Both the position numbers and the translations under genes were made by a program. Below, in pieces: positions 19,610-29,484 of a stretch of 64,000 nt of DNA. The notes under the pieces are model-generated. The model did no database searches. It had not been told where the DNA came from and was given only the letters and a program-made list of their open reading frames with translations. The stretch spans positions 3,264,001-3,328,000 of the forward strand of contig OZ243961.1 in the NCBI GenBank assembly GCA_965214605.1, given 5' to 3'. Positions within the stretch are counted from its first letter, which is position 1; every line of letters begins with the position of its first letter. Source of the stretch: an uncultured Candidatus Binatia bacterium. Lineage in GTDB: Bacteria; Desulfobacterota; Binatia; Bin18.

Positions 19610-20416
19610 ATGGCATACGAAACCTTTACGCTCGAACGCTCAGGGCCGATTGTGACGGTCGGTTTCAACCGCCCGGAGAAGCTGAATCCGATCAATGAGA
19701 AAGTCCTGCGCGAGTTCCTGGCGATTGCCTACGAACTTCAGGAGGACGAAGACTCACGAGTCGTGGTTCTGACCGGTCACGGCCGGTCGTTCAGCGTTGG
19801 GGCCGATATGGCCGCCCTGTCGGCCGGGTCCAAGGTCGAGGCCCAGGTCCAACAGACCGACACCGCCAAGCTGCGCCTAGCCAAACTCGGCTGGCGAGTC
19901 ATGGACGAGTGGGAACGTCTGGACCAGATCAGCATTGCGGCCGTTAACGGCTTTGCCGTGGGCGGTGGGGTGTCGCTGGCCATGGCCTGTGACTTTCGGA
20001 TTGCGGCCAGCGGGGCCCGGATGTGGCTGCCCGAAGTACGGCTCGGCGTGCCCTATATGTGGGGCTCGATTACCCGCATGATCAATCTCATTGGCATGGC
20101 CAAGGCCAAAGAGCTCATCATGACCTGTGACGAACTCACGGCTGAGGAAGCCCTGGAAGTCGGCCTCGTCAATCAGGTCGTGCCGCTTGAGCAGTTAAAC
20201 GAAGCAGTCCGGGCTTTTGCCGACAAACTCCTCAACAAGCCGCCCATGGCCCTGCGCCGGACCAAGGAGTTTTTTAAGGCCCTGACGACCAATAAGGCCG
20301 GCGATATCACCTATGCCGACGCCCATCTGGGCTTGGCCTGCATGATGGGAGACGACATGCGTGAGGCGGTGGCCGCTTTTCGTGACAAACGCGAGCCGGT
20401 GTTCTTGAACCGCTAA
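19610..20416 (+). CDS. Enoyl-CoA hydratase/isomerase (crotonase) family protein
   Basis: NRPEKLN, FSVGAD, AVNGFAVGGG, PEVRLG, AFRDKREP. Confidence 0.92.
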   Translation: MAYETFTLERSGPIVTVGFNRPEKLNPINEKVLREFLAIAYELQEDEDSRVVVLTGHGRSFSVGADMAALSAGSKVEAQVQQTDTAKLRLAKLGWRVMDEWERLDQISIAAVNGFAVGGGVSLAMACDFRIAASGARMWLPEVRLGVPYMWGSITRMINLIGMAKAKELIMTCDELTAEEALEVGLVNQVVPLEQLNEAVRAFADKLLNKPPMALRRTKEFFKALTTNKAGDITYADAHLGLACMMGDDMREAVAAFRDKREPVFLNR

Positions 20417-20516
20417 GTGCTATGTTTTGCGCTAGCGCAAAACATAGCCGCACGTTGCTGAACTGCCAGGGTTTGGCGGAATCGTGAATGCCAGAACAAA
20501 AGGAGTATGAAACCAT

Positions 20517-21386
20517 ATGGTCCAGGCTCAATCGCTACGGGCTCTCTTAGCCCAAGATCGACTCTTTATGGCGGCCGGTGCCTATGACGTGATCTCGGCG
20601 CGGCTGGTTGAAGAGGCCGGTTTTCCGCTGGTGTATTATTCCGGTGGGATATCGGCCGGGGCGCTTGGCTATCCCGATTTTGGGATGCGGACCCTGACCG
20701 AGATGGTCATGCAGCTAGAAGGGGTGTGTCGGGCGGTGAGTGTCCCGGTGATTGCCGATGCTGAGGCCGGCTTTGGCACGCTGCTCAACGTTGTACGCAT
20801 GGTCCAGGAGTACGAGCGGATCGGCGTTGCCGGGCTGCATCTCGAGGACCAGGACCTGCCCCGCCGGTGTGGTCACTTGGGCGGCAAGCTGTTGGTGTCG
20901 GCCCAGGATCACGCGACGAAAATTCGGGTTGCGGTCGAGAACCGCAGCCATGACAACACGCTGATTATCGCTCGCATCGATGCCATTGCGGTCAGCGGCT
21001 TTGACGACGCCCTAGCCCGGGCCGACGCCTATCTCGAAGCCGGGGCTGATTGCCTGTTTTTTGAGGCGTTTGAGTCGGTCAAGCAGATGGAGACGGCGTG
21101 CCGTCGCTTCTCTGACATTCCGCTCCTGATCAACATGGTTGAGGGCGGGAAAACGCCTTTCTTGCCGGCGCCGGATCTGGCTGATATGGGCTTTCGGATT
21201 GCAATCTATCCGGTGGCCGGGGTGTTGGCCGCCGCCTACCAGATGAAAAAAGTGTACGCGACGCTCAAAGAGACCGGGACAACCCAGGGACTCTGGCACG
21301 AAATGCTACCGTTTACCGAGGTGGTCAACGGGCTGCTGGGTTGGGATCAGGCACTTGAGTTTATCGATCGATATACCCAGAAGTAG
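20517..21386 (+). CDS. Isocitrate lyase/PEP mutase superfamily C-C lyase (methylisocitrate/dimethylmalate lyase-like)
   Basis: GAYDVISA, IADAEAGFG, LEDQDLPRRCGH, NMVEGGKTP. Confidence 0.87.
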   Translation: MVQAQSLRALLAQDRLFMAAGAYDVISARLVEEAGFPLVYYSGGISAGALGYPDFGMRTLTEMVMQLEGVCRAVSVPVIADAEAGFGTLLNVVRMVQEYERIGVAGLHLEDQDLPRRCGHLGGKLLVSAQDHATKIRVAVENRSHDNTLIIARIDAIAVSGFDDALARADAYLEAGADCLFFEAFESVKQMETACRRFSDIPLLINMVEGGKTPFLPAPDLADMGFRIAIYPVAGVLAAAYQMKKVYATLKETGTTQGLWHEMLPFTEVVNGLLGWDQALEFIDRYTQK

Positions 21387-21430
21387 AGGCGGCCCGCGTA
21401 TCGCCGTCGTTTTGATTGCACTCTTCCCCC

Positions 21431-23074
21431 ATGGCCGTTCCTGCCAAACCCCACCCGGCGCTCCATGACCAGCTTCGCCAACTCAGCGGCCTGTCGGCTA
21501 AACATCGCCAAGAACGTATCCTGGCCTCACCCCACAGCCTGGACCTGGCCCGCGGTCTGTCGTCGGAGAGCCTGTTTTATACCCTCAAAGAGATTGGCCT
21601 GACCGACGCGGTTGGGCTGCTGGGGCTGGCCTCGCCCGAGCAGGTACGGGATATGGTGGACCTCGATTGCTGGCGCCGGGACCGTTTGGACGCGAGGCGG
21701 ATTTTGAGTTGGTTGATGTTTCTGAATGAGGCCGGCAGCGGCAAGGTGGCCGAGTGGGCCTTGCACGCCGATGTCGAGCTGCTGGTCTGGTTGGTCAAGC
21801 GCCACTGCGAGGTGGTGCGCAAGGCGGATATTGAGGACGAGCCCGATTTTAATCCCAGCCGTTATTTTAGCTTTGACGACCAGTATTTGCTCCGTTTTGT
21901 CGGAGATGAAGAGCCGATTTTAGCCCTGCTGCTGGAACGGCTGCGGGTTCTTGATTACCGGTTTTATACCCATATCCTGGAGCAGAGTTTGTTTGAGCTT
22001 GAGACACAGCTCGAAGAAGAAGCCTTGCGCTGGCGAACAGCGCGCCTGGCCGATCGGGGTTATCCCGACTTTGAGCAGGCCCAGGAGATCTTTCGGCCCG
22101 TGCTGCCCCACACTGTACGGCCCGAGCAATATCGGCGGACAGGACTCCGGCCGTTGCGCTTTGCTGACGCAGAAGAGGTGATCGCGCCCGATCACGCCGT
22201 GCTCTTAGTGTCTGAACCCCACTCCTTTTTTGGCACTGCCCTGTCGGCTGCCGATCCAAGCATCCGGGAGCAAGTGAGCACCGAGCTGGCCTATTTGACC
22301 AACCATGTGGTCATGGCCGAGGCGTGTGATACCGGAGAGCTGAGTGAGGTCCGCCGGTGTGCCGAACTCGTGCACGATGTGGTCAATATTGGACTTGAAT
22401 ACGCGGCCGAGGGCAACGCGGCCCAAGCCGCCCACCTCGTGCAAGACACCCAACTCCGCGCATTTTTCCAGATCGGCTGGAGCTTGGTGCTTGGCCTCCA
22501 TCAGCAGGCGAAACACCTGGAGACGGTTCTCCAACAGGAGCTTGAGACGGACTGGCAGCGCTCTGTGGACACGCCTTTCCGTGAAACCTACGCTGGCGTG
22601 CGACGCCCCATGCCGGTCTTTTTTCAGGGCCTGGAAACACCGGGTGAGGTCTTGTACCGCCGCTTTCGGAATCTTGCCGATGTCCGGTGGGTAGAAACCG
22701 TCCTGGTCCATATCCCACTCTGGTTTGCCGCGCTGCGGCCCTGGGTCGATGTGGCCAACGGCCAGCAGGCCACCCTCAGCCTGGAAGCCGTGTGGAACAC
22801 GGCTTTTATCAATTGGGTGGCGGCCCACGAGTTTGCCGTTCAGCCGCTGCGACGGATGGATGTGGAGGATTTTCAGCGGGCGTTTGAGGACACGCCTTTT
22901 GATGAACGCTATGCTGAGTTTCTGGGCCTGGCGGCAAGACACTTGGCCTGGAGTGCGGACGAGGAGACGGCCATGCAGGTCTTGGCTGAGGCTGCCCGCC
23001 CCAAGCTGCAAGAAGTTGTCGAGGTGCCTGAGGTGGATTTCAGATTCATGGCCGGACTTTTCCTCCAAGGGTGA
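21431..23074 (+). CDS. DUF6178-like hypothetical protein
   Basis: About 548 aa; ASPEQVRDMVDLDCW and EEEALRWRTARLADRGYP segments recalled from this family. Family call from memory. Confidence 0.65.
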   Translation: MAVPAKPHPALHDQLRQLSGLSAKHRQERILASPHSLDLARGLSSESLFYTLKEIGLTDAVGLLGLASPEQVRDMVDLDCWRRDRLDARRILSWLMFLNEAGSGKVAEWALHADVELLVWLVKRHCEVVRKADIEDEPDFNPSRYFSFDDQYLLRFVGDEEPILALLLERLRVLDYRFYTHILEQSLFELETQLEEEALRWRTARLADRGYPDFEQAQEIFRPVLPHTVRPEQYRRTGLRPLRFADAEEVIAPDHAVLLVSEPHSFFGTALSAADPSIREQVSTELAYLTNHVVMAEACDTGELSEVRRCAELVHDVVNIGLEYAAEGNAAQAAHLVQDTQLRAFFQIGWSLVLGLHQQAKHLETVLQQELETDWQRSVDTPFRETYAGVRRPMPVFFQGLETPGEVLYRRFRNLADVRWVETVLVHIPLWFAALRPWVDVANGQQATLSLEAVWNTAFINWVAAHEFAVQPLRRMDVEDFQRAFEDTPFDERYAEFLGLAARHLAWSADEETAMQVLAEAARPKLQEVVEVPEVDFRFMAGLFLQG

Positions 23075-23103
23075 GTGTCCCCCTCTCTTCCTCCCGGGGT
23101 CGG

Positions 23104-23925
23104 TCAGGTTGCGCTGTCGTCCGCGTTTGGTGGGTGCAGCCTCCTGAGAGCGGCGGTCGCCGCTCGGGCCAAACTGGGGTCTTGTCCGTCCACCGCTTGG
23201 CCGAGGGCGTGGACGACTGCTGGCGAGCGGACGCCGCGCTGACCTAGGGTGGCCGCGCTGGCGCGGCGCACGCCGCTATCCGGGTCGGTTGCCAAAATCC
23301 GGAGTACGGCTGACTCAATGTTGCTCCCACCGGGTGGGCATTTGCCGAGGCACGACAGTCCGGCTAGTCGAACGCCGGGCTGCTGATCGCTGAGACTTGA
23401 CAGGTAGATCTGCTGGGCCGCCGGAGCGGTCTGATTGGCATCCCGCAGACAATAGAGCGCCATGCGGCGTTGAACCGGATTGCCGCTGCGGGCGACGTCG
23501 AGCAGTCTGGTCAGCACCAATGCATGGCGCTCTATGAGCCGCAGCAGGGCGGTGGCGGCCGCCCAGCGTAGGTCGCTCTCTTGGTGACCCAGATTCTCAA
23601 TCAGGGCTGGCAGGGGTCGGGGGTCGGAGAGTGGAATCTGGGATAGGGTGTAGGCGGCCGTCCAGCGGATACGTGGCTGAGGATCGGTCAGTTTGTCGTA
23701 CAGCGCCTCGACAATGGTGGGCTGGGGGGCAGAGAAACGGACGAGCTGCCGGGCCGCCTCGCGTTGGACGGCTTTGGTGTGATCGCCTAGGCAGCCGAGC
23801 AGGGCGTCTATGAGCTGTGACGGGAGGACGAGGGTGTCGCTGGCCCGTTGCAACTCGGCCAGGCCGGCTAGGCGGGTGCGGAAATTGTCTAGGCTGAGCT
23901 GGGCGGAGAGGCGGTTAACGTCCAT
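23104..23925 (-). CDS. HEAT-repeat protein
   Basis: Repeated LxDxxxxVRxxAAxxL units; overlaps the upstream gene by 11 nt. Confidence 0.85.
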   Translation of the reverse strand: MDVNRLSAQLSLDNFRTRLAGLAELQRASDTLVLPSQLIDALLGCLGDHTKAVQREAARQLVRFSAPQPTIVEALYDKLTDPQPRIRWTAAYTLSQIPLSDPRPLPALIENLGHQESDLRWAAATALLRLIERHALVLTRLLDVARSGNPVQRRMALYCLRDANQTAPAAQQIYLSSLSDQQPGVRLAGLSCLGKCPPGGSNIESAVLRILATDPDSGVRRASAATLGQRGVRSPAVVHALGQAVDGQDPSLARAATAALRRLHPPNADDSAT

Positions 23926-24958
23926 AGGCGTGTACGATTGTTTCTGGAATGACCCGAAGATGTTTAGGGCCTAAAAGATAATGCTCGGGGTGCAGGAAGA
24001 GTTGGTCTAGTGCCTGCTCGAGTGCAGGATAGGTCACGGGTTGTCCGCTGAGACGGGACTGGAGGAGCCTGACGGTGTGGGCCGGGGCAATAAAATCTCC
24101 GCTCAGACACAGCTCGGATAGGGTCCGCTGGGGACTCACGCCAAAACCGAGAGTGAGGCTGCCGAGGGGTGTAGGGACACTGGGCCGAAAGGGGAGATCG
24201 TGGCGGGTCGGCCAGTTGTAGAGCCAGGGGTCGGCCGCGGCTGTGTGGGCTAGGCGGGCGATGTGCTCCTGCTCGGTCTGATTCAGATCTTGGGTGATAC
24301 AGGGCGTAGCCAGCTGAGAAAAGCCGTGCTGCAAGAAACGGGCTACCTGGGCCAGCGAGGGCGGCCTCCCGGCCACCCGCTCCAGACTGGTGACCTGGGT
24401 GGGGGCAAAAAATTGGCTGACGATCGTTCCGTGCGGATCAACCCTGTCCAGCAGAGTGGGCAGGAGGCTGAAATCGCGCTCCACGGCCAGGAGCCCCTCG
24501 ATCAGCACAGCGCCGTTCTCTTCGCTGCTAAACGAGACCCAGCCCACCGTCCGGCGGTCGACGGTGAGAAAATCTCGGCCCGGATAGAAGACATTGACCC
24601 CGACCGCCTTAAAGCCGTGCAGGACGCCGCGGACGTAGCGATTGAGAACTTGAAACGGCGCCAGGTAAAACGGGTCATTCGAGAAAAAAGCCGAGCGGTG
24701 GGGGAGGATCAGGGAGAAGTTCACGAACCCCTGTCCACTCGGCGTGACTCGGCTTCCACTCACGCGGCGACTGACGGTCACCCGCCCGGTCTCGGTCAGG
24801 GGTTCGACGGCGTGGTAGCGACCGAGTACGACGACGTCGCCCGGATGGGTGTAGACTCGCAAGACTGCGGTGTTGTCCACCGTTTGGAGAAAGAACCGAT
24901 CGCTGGCCAGACTCAGCCTGGGCGACACGTGTTCTTGACACACCACGCGCAGCTTCAT
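23915..24958 (-). CDS. Lipoate-protein ligase A-like protein, divergent
   Basis: LRVY...VVLGRYH, RRVSG, VTSL and C-terminal LSGDF follow the LplA two-domain layout; key motifs are altered. Confidence 0.7.
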   Translation of the reverse strand: MKLRVVCQEHVSPRLSLASDRFFLQTVDNTAVLRVYTHPGDVVVLGRYHAVEPLTETGRVTVSRRVSGSRVTPSGQGFVNFSLILPHRSAFFSNDPFYLAPFQVLNRYVRGVLHGFKAVGVNVFYPGRDFLTVDRRTVGWVSFSSEENGAVLIEGLLAVERDFSLLPTLLDRVDPHGTIVSQFFAPTQVTSLERVAGRPPSLAQVARFLQHGFSQLATPCITQDLNQTEQEHIARLAHTAAADPWLYNWPTRHDLPFRPSVPTPLGSLTLGFGVSPQRTLSELCLSGDFIAPAHTVRLLQSRLSGQPVTYPALEQALDQLFLHPEHYLLGPKHLRVIPETIVHAYGR

Positions 24959-25081
24959 ACGCTCAGCATACGGCAGGTGGAGGGGGCCGGCAATGTGTCC
25001 GCTCAGCTCCGTTCTTTTTTCTTCCCTGGACTTATGCTAACCCTAGCTCCATCCCTAGTCTGTGATGAGGATTGAGACCCT

Positions 25082-26236
25082 ATGGATGATTTATGGGATC
25101 GTGCCGAGGCACTACTGGCCGACGGCAAGTCGTTTGTCTTAGCGACCATTATCCGCACGCGTGGCTCTGTCCCGCGCGAGGTCGGGGCCAAGATGGTCGT
25201 TCCGCCCGAAGGACGGCCGTTTGGCACGATCGGTGGTGGGTGTGGAGAGGGCGAGGTGTTGCGCCGGGCCTATCCGGTTTTGCAGCAAAATTTACCGCCA
25301 CGGATTGTCGAGGTCGATCTGACTGGCGATTTTGATCAAGACACAATTCAGGTCTGTGGTGGACTGATGGATGTGGCACTCGACGTATGGCGGCCCGAAG
25401 AGCACCGTGCATTGGCCCATACTCTGGCCGAGGCGACCCGGGCGCGGCGGCCAACAGCTCTGGTCACGGCTTTAGATCCGGTCAACGGCAGCCTCAGTCC
25501 GGGTGCCAAGGGATGTCTGTCGGTGGGACGCGGCGGCCCTGCCCTGAGCTCGGATCTGTCGCTTGACCAACCCCTCGTGAACACCTTCACTTCTTCCGTC
25601 GTCGGCGGGAGGTCTCAGTTGTTTATGGTCTCGCCCCAGGGTGAAGCCGTAGAAGAGGCGGTCGCCCGCCGCCACAACTGGCCCAAGGTCTTTGTTGACG
25701 TCCAGTCGGGTCAGCAAACCCTGATTATTGCCGGTGCTGGCCATATTGCCCAGCCGCTGTGTGAGATCGCTTCCCTCATGGGGTTTCGGACTACTGTGGT
25801 CGATGATCGCTGGGCGTTTGCCAATACCGAGCGGTTTCCCCGCGCGGCCGATATCCGGGTCGGCCCCTTTGGGCAAGTGCTGCAAAGCCTCGACATCAAC
25901 GCACAGACCTTTGTCGTTGTGGTGACCCGCGGGCATGTTCATGACGAGGAGTCGGTGCGGGCTGCGCTGAACAAGACCCCGGCCTATATCGGCATGATCG
26001 GAAGCAAGCGCCGGGCAAAAGCCACCCTTGAACGGCTGGCCGAGCAGGGCTTCAGCCCGGAACAGTTAAGCCGCGTTCATACCCCTATGGGCTTAGATAT
26101 TGCGGCTGAGACGCCAGCCGAAATTGCCGTTGCGATTGCGGCCGAGATCGTCCGGGCACGTCGGAACGGACCACTGGAGACGCTGTCCCTGGCCGCCAAG
26201 GCACGTCCGAGCGGCCCGTTCAAATTTGGCGGCTGA
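25082..26236 (+). CDS. xdhC: XdhC/CoxF family Moco chaperone
   Basis: GSVPREVGAKM, GTIGGGCGE, VCGG, GAGHIA, VTRGH, YIGMIGSKRR, AETPAEIA. Confidence 0.92.
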   Translation: MDDLWDRAEALLADGKSFVLATIIRTRGSVPREVGAKMVVPPEGRPFGTIGGGCGEGEVLRRAYPVLQQNLPPRIVEVDLTGDFDQDTIQVCGGLMDVALDVWRPEEHRALAHTLAEATRARRPTALVTALDPVNGSLSPGAKGCLSVGRGGPALSSDLSLDQPLVNTFTSSVVGGRSQLFMVSPQGEAVEEAVARRHNWPKVFVDVQSGQQTLIIAGAGHIAQPLCEIASLMGFRTTVVDDRWAFANTERFPRAADIRVGPFGQVLQSLDINAQTFVVVVTRGHVHDEESVRAALNKTPAYIGMIGSKRRAKATLERLAEQGFSPEQLSRVHTPMGLDIAAETPAEIAVAIAAEIVRARRNGPLETLSLAAKARPSGPFKFGG

Positions 26237-26250
26237 GCTCTGGCCAGTCT

Positions 26251-26850
26251 ATGATCTCGGGTATTCTTCTCGCCGCCGGCGAGTCCCGCCGTATGGGCTC
26301 GCCAAAGGCGCTCCTACCTTACCAGGGCCAGACTTTTATTGAGCGAATTTGCACGGCTTTTCTCAGCGCCAAGGTGGAGGAATTGATCGTCGTGCTTGGC
26401 GCCTACACGGAGAAGCTGCAGCCCGCGCTGCCCCGGCATCCGGCCCTGCGTACAGTTGTCAATCCGCACTATAAGAGGGGTCAGCTGTCTTCTCTGACCT
26501 GCGGGCTCAAGGCGCTGTCGCCCGACAGTGAGGCTGCGGTGGTGAACCTCGTTGACCATCCGCTGGTGAGGGCTGAGACTATTGCCGCGCTCATCGCTGC
26601 ATTTCGGACCGATCCCGTCCCGATCATTATTGCCGCCCACCAGGGCCAGCGCGGCCACCCGGTACTGTTCTCCCGCCAGGTCTATGGAGAGTTGCTGGCC
26701 GCTCCGCTGGATAAGGGCGCCAAAGTGGTCGTGCGCAAAGATCCCGCCCGCGTTCGTCAAGTGTTGCTCAACGACCCCGGCATTGTGGCTGATATTGATA
26801 CCCCGCAAGAGTATCGACGCTGGACGGGGCTGACCAAACCTGGTTTGTGA
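26251..26850 (+). CDS. mocA: Molybdenum cofactor cytidylyltransferase-like nucleotidyltransferase
   Basis: LAAGESRRMGSPKALL, GQLSSL, LVDHP, GHPVLF, DIDTP; directly downstream of xdhC. Confidence 0.85.
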   Translation: MISGILLAAGESRRMGSPKALLPYQGQTFIERICTAFLSAKVEELIVVLGAYTEKLQPALPRHPALRTVVNPHYKRGQLSSLTCGLKALSPDSEAAVVNLVDHPLVRAETIAALIAAFRTDPVPIIIAAHQGQRGHPVLFSRQVYGELLAAPLDKGAKVVVRKDPARVRQVLLNDPGIVADIDTPQEYRRWTGLTKPGL

Positions 26851-26851
26851 T

Positions 26852-28291
26852 ATGGACCACCCGCGCCGCTTGCCCCGCTCAGTAAAGATCGCCTATGGCT
26901 TTGGACTCTCGGCCGAAGGCATTAAGACCAACGCCTTTACCCTTTTTTTGCTGTTTTATTATCAGCAGATTGTCGGACTTGATCCCAGTCTGTGCGGCGT
27001 GGCCCTGTTCGTCGCCCTGCTCATTGATGCAGTGACCGATCCGACGATTGGCGTCTGGTCTGACGGGCTGCGATCTCGACTCGGCCGCCGTCACCCTTTT
27101 ATGTATGCCGCCGGTCTGCCGCTAGCGGCATGCTTTGTGGCGGTCTTTATGCCGCCCCGCGGGTTGAGCCAAGCCGGGCTGTTTCTGTGGCTGCTGAGCT
27201 TTGCATCCGCAACGCGTTTTGCCATGACGCTCTTTGCCATTCCACACCAAGCCTTGGTGCCTGAGCTGACCCAGGACTATGACGAACGCACGTCGCTGCA
27301 AACTCTCCGCCTCGTCTTTGCCTGGCTGTTTGGGCTGGTCTATGCGCTGCTGGCCTATACCGTTTTTCTACGCGCGACCCCCGACTATCCCCAGGGATTG
27401 CTCAATCCTGACGGCTATGTCGATTTCGCCGTCTGGGGCGCGGTCATCATGGTCGTGACGACCCTGGTGTCTTCACTCGGCACCCAGCAAGCCGCGCTCC
27501 GCGCCCAGGTGGATGACAGCCGTATCCAGCAGCTCCGCCTCAGCACTTTGCCCCAAGAGATGAGGACGGCGCTGCAGAGCCCGTCGTACCGGGCGGCCGT
27601 TGTCGGCGGCCTGTGTTTGTGGGTCTCTTTTGGGGTGAACCAAAACCTGAACAATTACCTCAACACCTTCCTCTGGGGCTTTAGCTCAGAGCAGCTCTCG
27701 CTTTTCATGGTTGTCCTCATCGCCAGCTCAATACTGGCTTTGGCTATTACTCGGCCGCTGGCCGGACGGCTGGGAAAAAAGCGCTTGATCCTCACGACCT
27801 CGGTGGCTGCACCACTGATCATGGCCACGCTCATCTTTGTGCGCCTCGCCGACCTGTTACCCGGCAACGGGGAGCCCATCCTGATGAGGATCGTGGGCGG
27901 AACGATATTTGTGAGTTTGAGTTATACCGCCCTTATCATTTCTATGACGATGGTCGGGGCGATGATTGCCGACGTGACCGACGAACATGAGCTACGCACG
28001 GGCTCGCGCCGGGAGGGGCTGTTGTTCTCGGCCAACGCGTTTATCACCAAAGCGTCGTCGGGCCTCGGAGTGTTGGTCTCCGGGTTTGTGATCAAGCTGT
28101 CCGCGTTTCCGGCTGGCGCCACGCTCAGCAGCGTTGATCCGCGGGTGGTTGACCGGCTAGGGTTGTTTAGCGCCCTGGTGACGCTGCTGTTCGGAGTCGG
28201 GATGGTGTTGGGCTTTCTCCCCTACCGACTCAGCCGTGAACGCCACGCAGCGATTGTCCACGAGCTGCGCCAGCTGCGGGAATCGGCCTGA
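26852..28291 (+). CDS. MFS transporter, glycoside-pentoside-hexuronide (MelB-like) family
   Basis: DAVTDP, SDGLRSRLGRRHPF, ELTQDYDERT, MIADVTD, RREG; about 12 hydrophobic segments. Confidence 0.9.
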   Translation: MDHPRRLPRSVKIAYGFGLSAEGIKTNAFTLFLLFYYQQIVGLDPSLCGVALFVALLIDAVTDPTIGVWSDGLRSRLGRRHPFMYAAGLPLAACFVAVFMPPRGLSQAGLFLWLLSFASATRFAMTLFAIPHQALVPELTQDYDERTSLQTLRLVFAWLFGLVYALLAYTVFLRATPDYPQGLLNPDGYVDFAVWGAVIMVVTTLVSSLGTQQAALRAQVDDSRIQQLRLSTLPQEMRTALQSPSYRAAVVGGLCLWVSFGVNQNLNNYLNTFLWGFSSEQLSLFMVVLIASSILALAITRPLAGRLGKKRLILTTSVAAPLIMATLIFVRLADLLPGNGEPILMRIVGGTIFVSLSYTALIISMTMVGAMIADVTDEHELRTGSRREGLLFSANAFITKASSGLGVLVSGFVIKLSAFPAGATLSSVDPRVVDRLGLFSALVTLLFGVGMVLGFLPYRLSRERHAAIVHELRQLRESA

Positions 28292-28346
28292 GGGACTACC
28301 CGTGCTCGAAGCCACGACAACGGGCGTGGAGGGGGGCTCTGTCCGT

Positions 28347-29327
28347 TCAGCCGCCGTGCAGCAAGGCTTTGACATCGCCGTGTAGGCGCGGACCTAGCTG
28401 CGAGACGACTTTGCTCGACAGCAGGCAGGCCAGTCGGGCGGCGTCTTCGGCCGTGTAGTTATGGGTTATGGCGTACAGGAAGGCACCGGCAAACATGTCG
28501 CCCGCGCCGGTTACGTCAAGCGCATGAACGGGAAAGGCATCGACCTGAAACGCCGTTCCGCCAACATTACCCCACGCGCCGTGTTTGTCGCGGGTCATGA
28601 CGACATGGGGGGCGCTGTCTTGAAAGAGCGCAAAGATGTCTTCGGCCCGTTCTTTGCCGACATACGCACCAGCCTCCTGTTCGTTGGCAAAGACGAGGTC
28701 ACACTCGGCCACCGCAGCGCGCAGCGCGGCACCAAAAGTCTCGATAATGAAACGGTCCGAGAAGGTCAGAGAAATCTTGACCCGATGTTTCTTGGCCAGC
28801 TCAATCGCCCGCCGGACTGCCGCCCGCCCGCCGGGTGTAGAAAACAAATACCCCTCCAGATACAGCCAGGTGGCCTGTTTGAGCGCGTCTTCGGTCACGT
28901 GCTCGACCGCAAAAACGCCGTTGGCGCCGAGCGAGGTGTTCATGGTGCGTTCGGCGTCCGGGGTGATGAGAATGATGCACGTCCCGGTTGGCTGTCCACT
29001 GATGGGCGGGGTATGCAGGCGGACGCTGAGTGACTGCATTTCGTCAAAATAAAAGCGCCCCTGTTCGTCGTCGCCAACGAGGCAGCCGTAGGCCGCCCGC
29101 CCGCCAAGCTGGGCAAGAGCAATCATGGAATTGGCAGCCGAGCCGCCGCTGGCGCGGTGTGGGGGCAGGTGTTTGCAGGAGTCGAGCAGGCGGTGTTGCT
29201 CGGGTGTATCGACTAGCCGCACGCTCCCCTTGTTAAGACCTAGATCCTGCAGGGCCTGCTCGCTGACCTGGAACTGCACGTCGACTAGGGCGTTTCCTAT
29301 GCCGTATACATCAAATTTTTTGTTCAT
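28347..29327 (-). CDS. PfkB-family kinase (adenosine kinase-like)
   Basis: GIGNALVD, GGSAAN, DAERTM, FANEQE, DVTGAGDMFAG. Confidence 0.9.
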   Translation of the reverse strand: MNKKFDVYGIGNALVDVQFQVSEQALQDLGLNKGSVRLVDTPEQHRLLDSCKHLPPHRASGGSAANSMIALAQLGGRAAYGCLVGDDEQGRFYFDEMQSLSVRLHTPPISGQPTGTCIILITPDAERTMNTSLGANGVFAVEHVTEDALKQATWLYLEGYLFSTPGGRAAVRRAIELAKKHRVKISLTFSDRFIIETFGAALRAAVAECDLVFANEQEAGAYVGKERAEDIFALFQDSAPHVVMTRDKHGAWGNVGGTAFQVDAFPVHALDVTGAGDMFAGAFLYAITHNYTAEDAARLACLLSSKVVSQLGPRLHGDVKALLHGG

Positions 29328-29484
29328 GGTGTTGGTGTAGTAACGGAAAGCTGCAAGCTTGGAAACAACGAATAGGCGTTGGCCAAGACCGGAATGTCGG
29401 CCCCGGCTCCCTCATCATGGCACCGTCCCCCATCCCCAAAGCGATACTGCAACGACAACGAAGCTGCTCTTCATGGCGAGGCGC

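Noticed and set aside
18696-19616. 306-aa minus-strand ORF
   Set aside because: Antisense shadow of the SDR gene; long antisense frames are common for SDRs in GC-rich DNA.
22205-23068. 287-aa minus-strand ORF, and similar long ORFs at 24263-25075, 52864-53685, 53037-53855 and 60934-61623
   Set aside because: Each overlaps a better-supported gene and carries no recognisable motifs.
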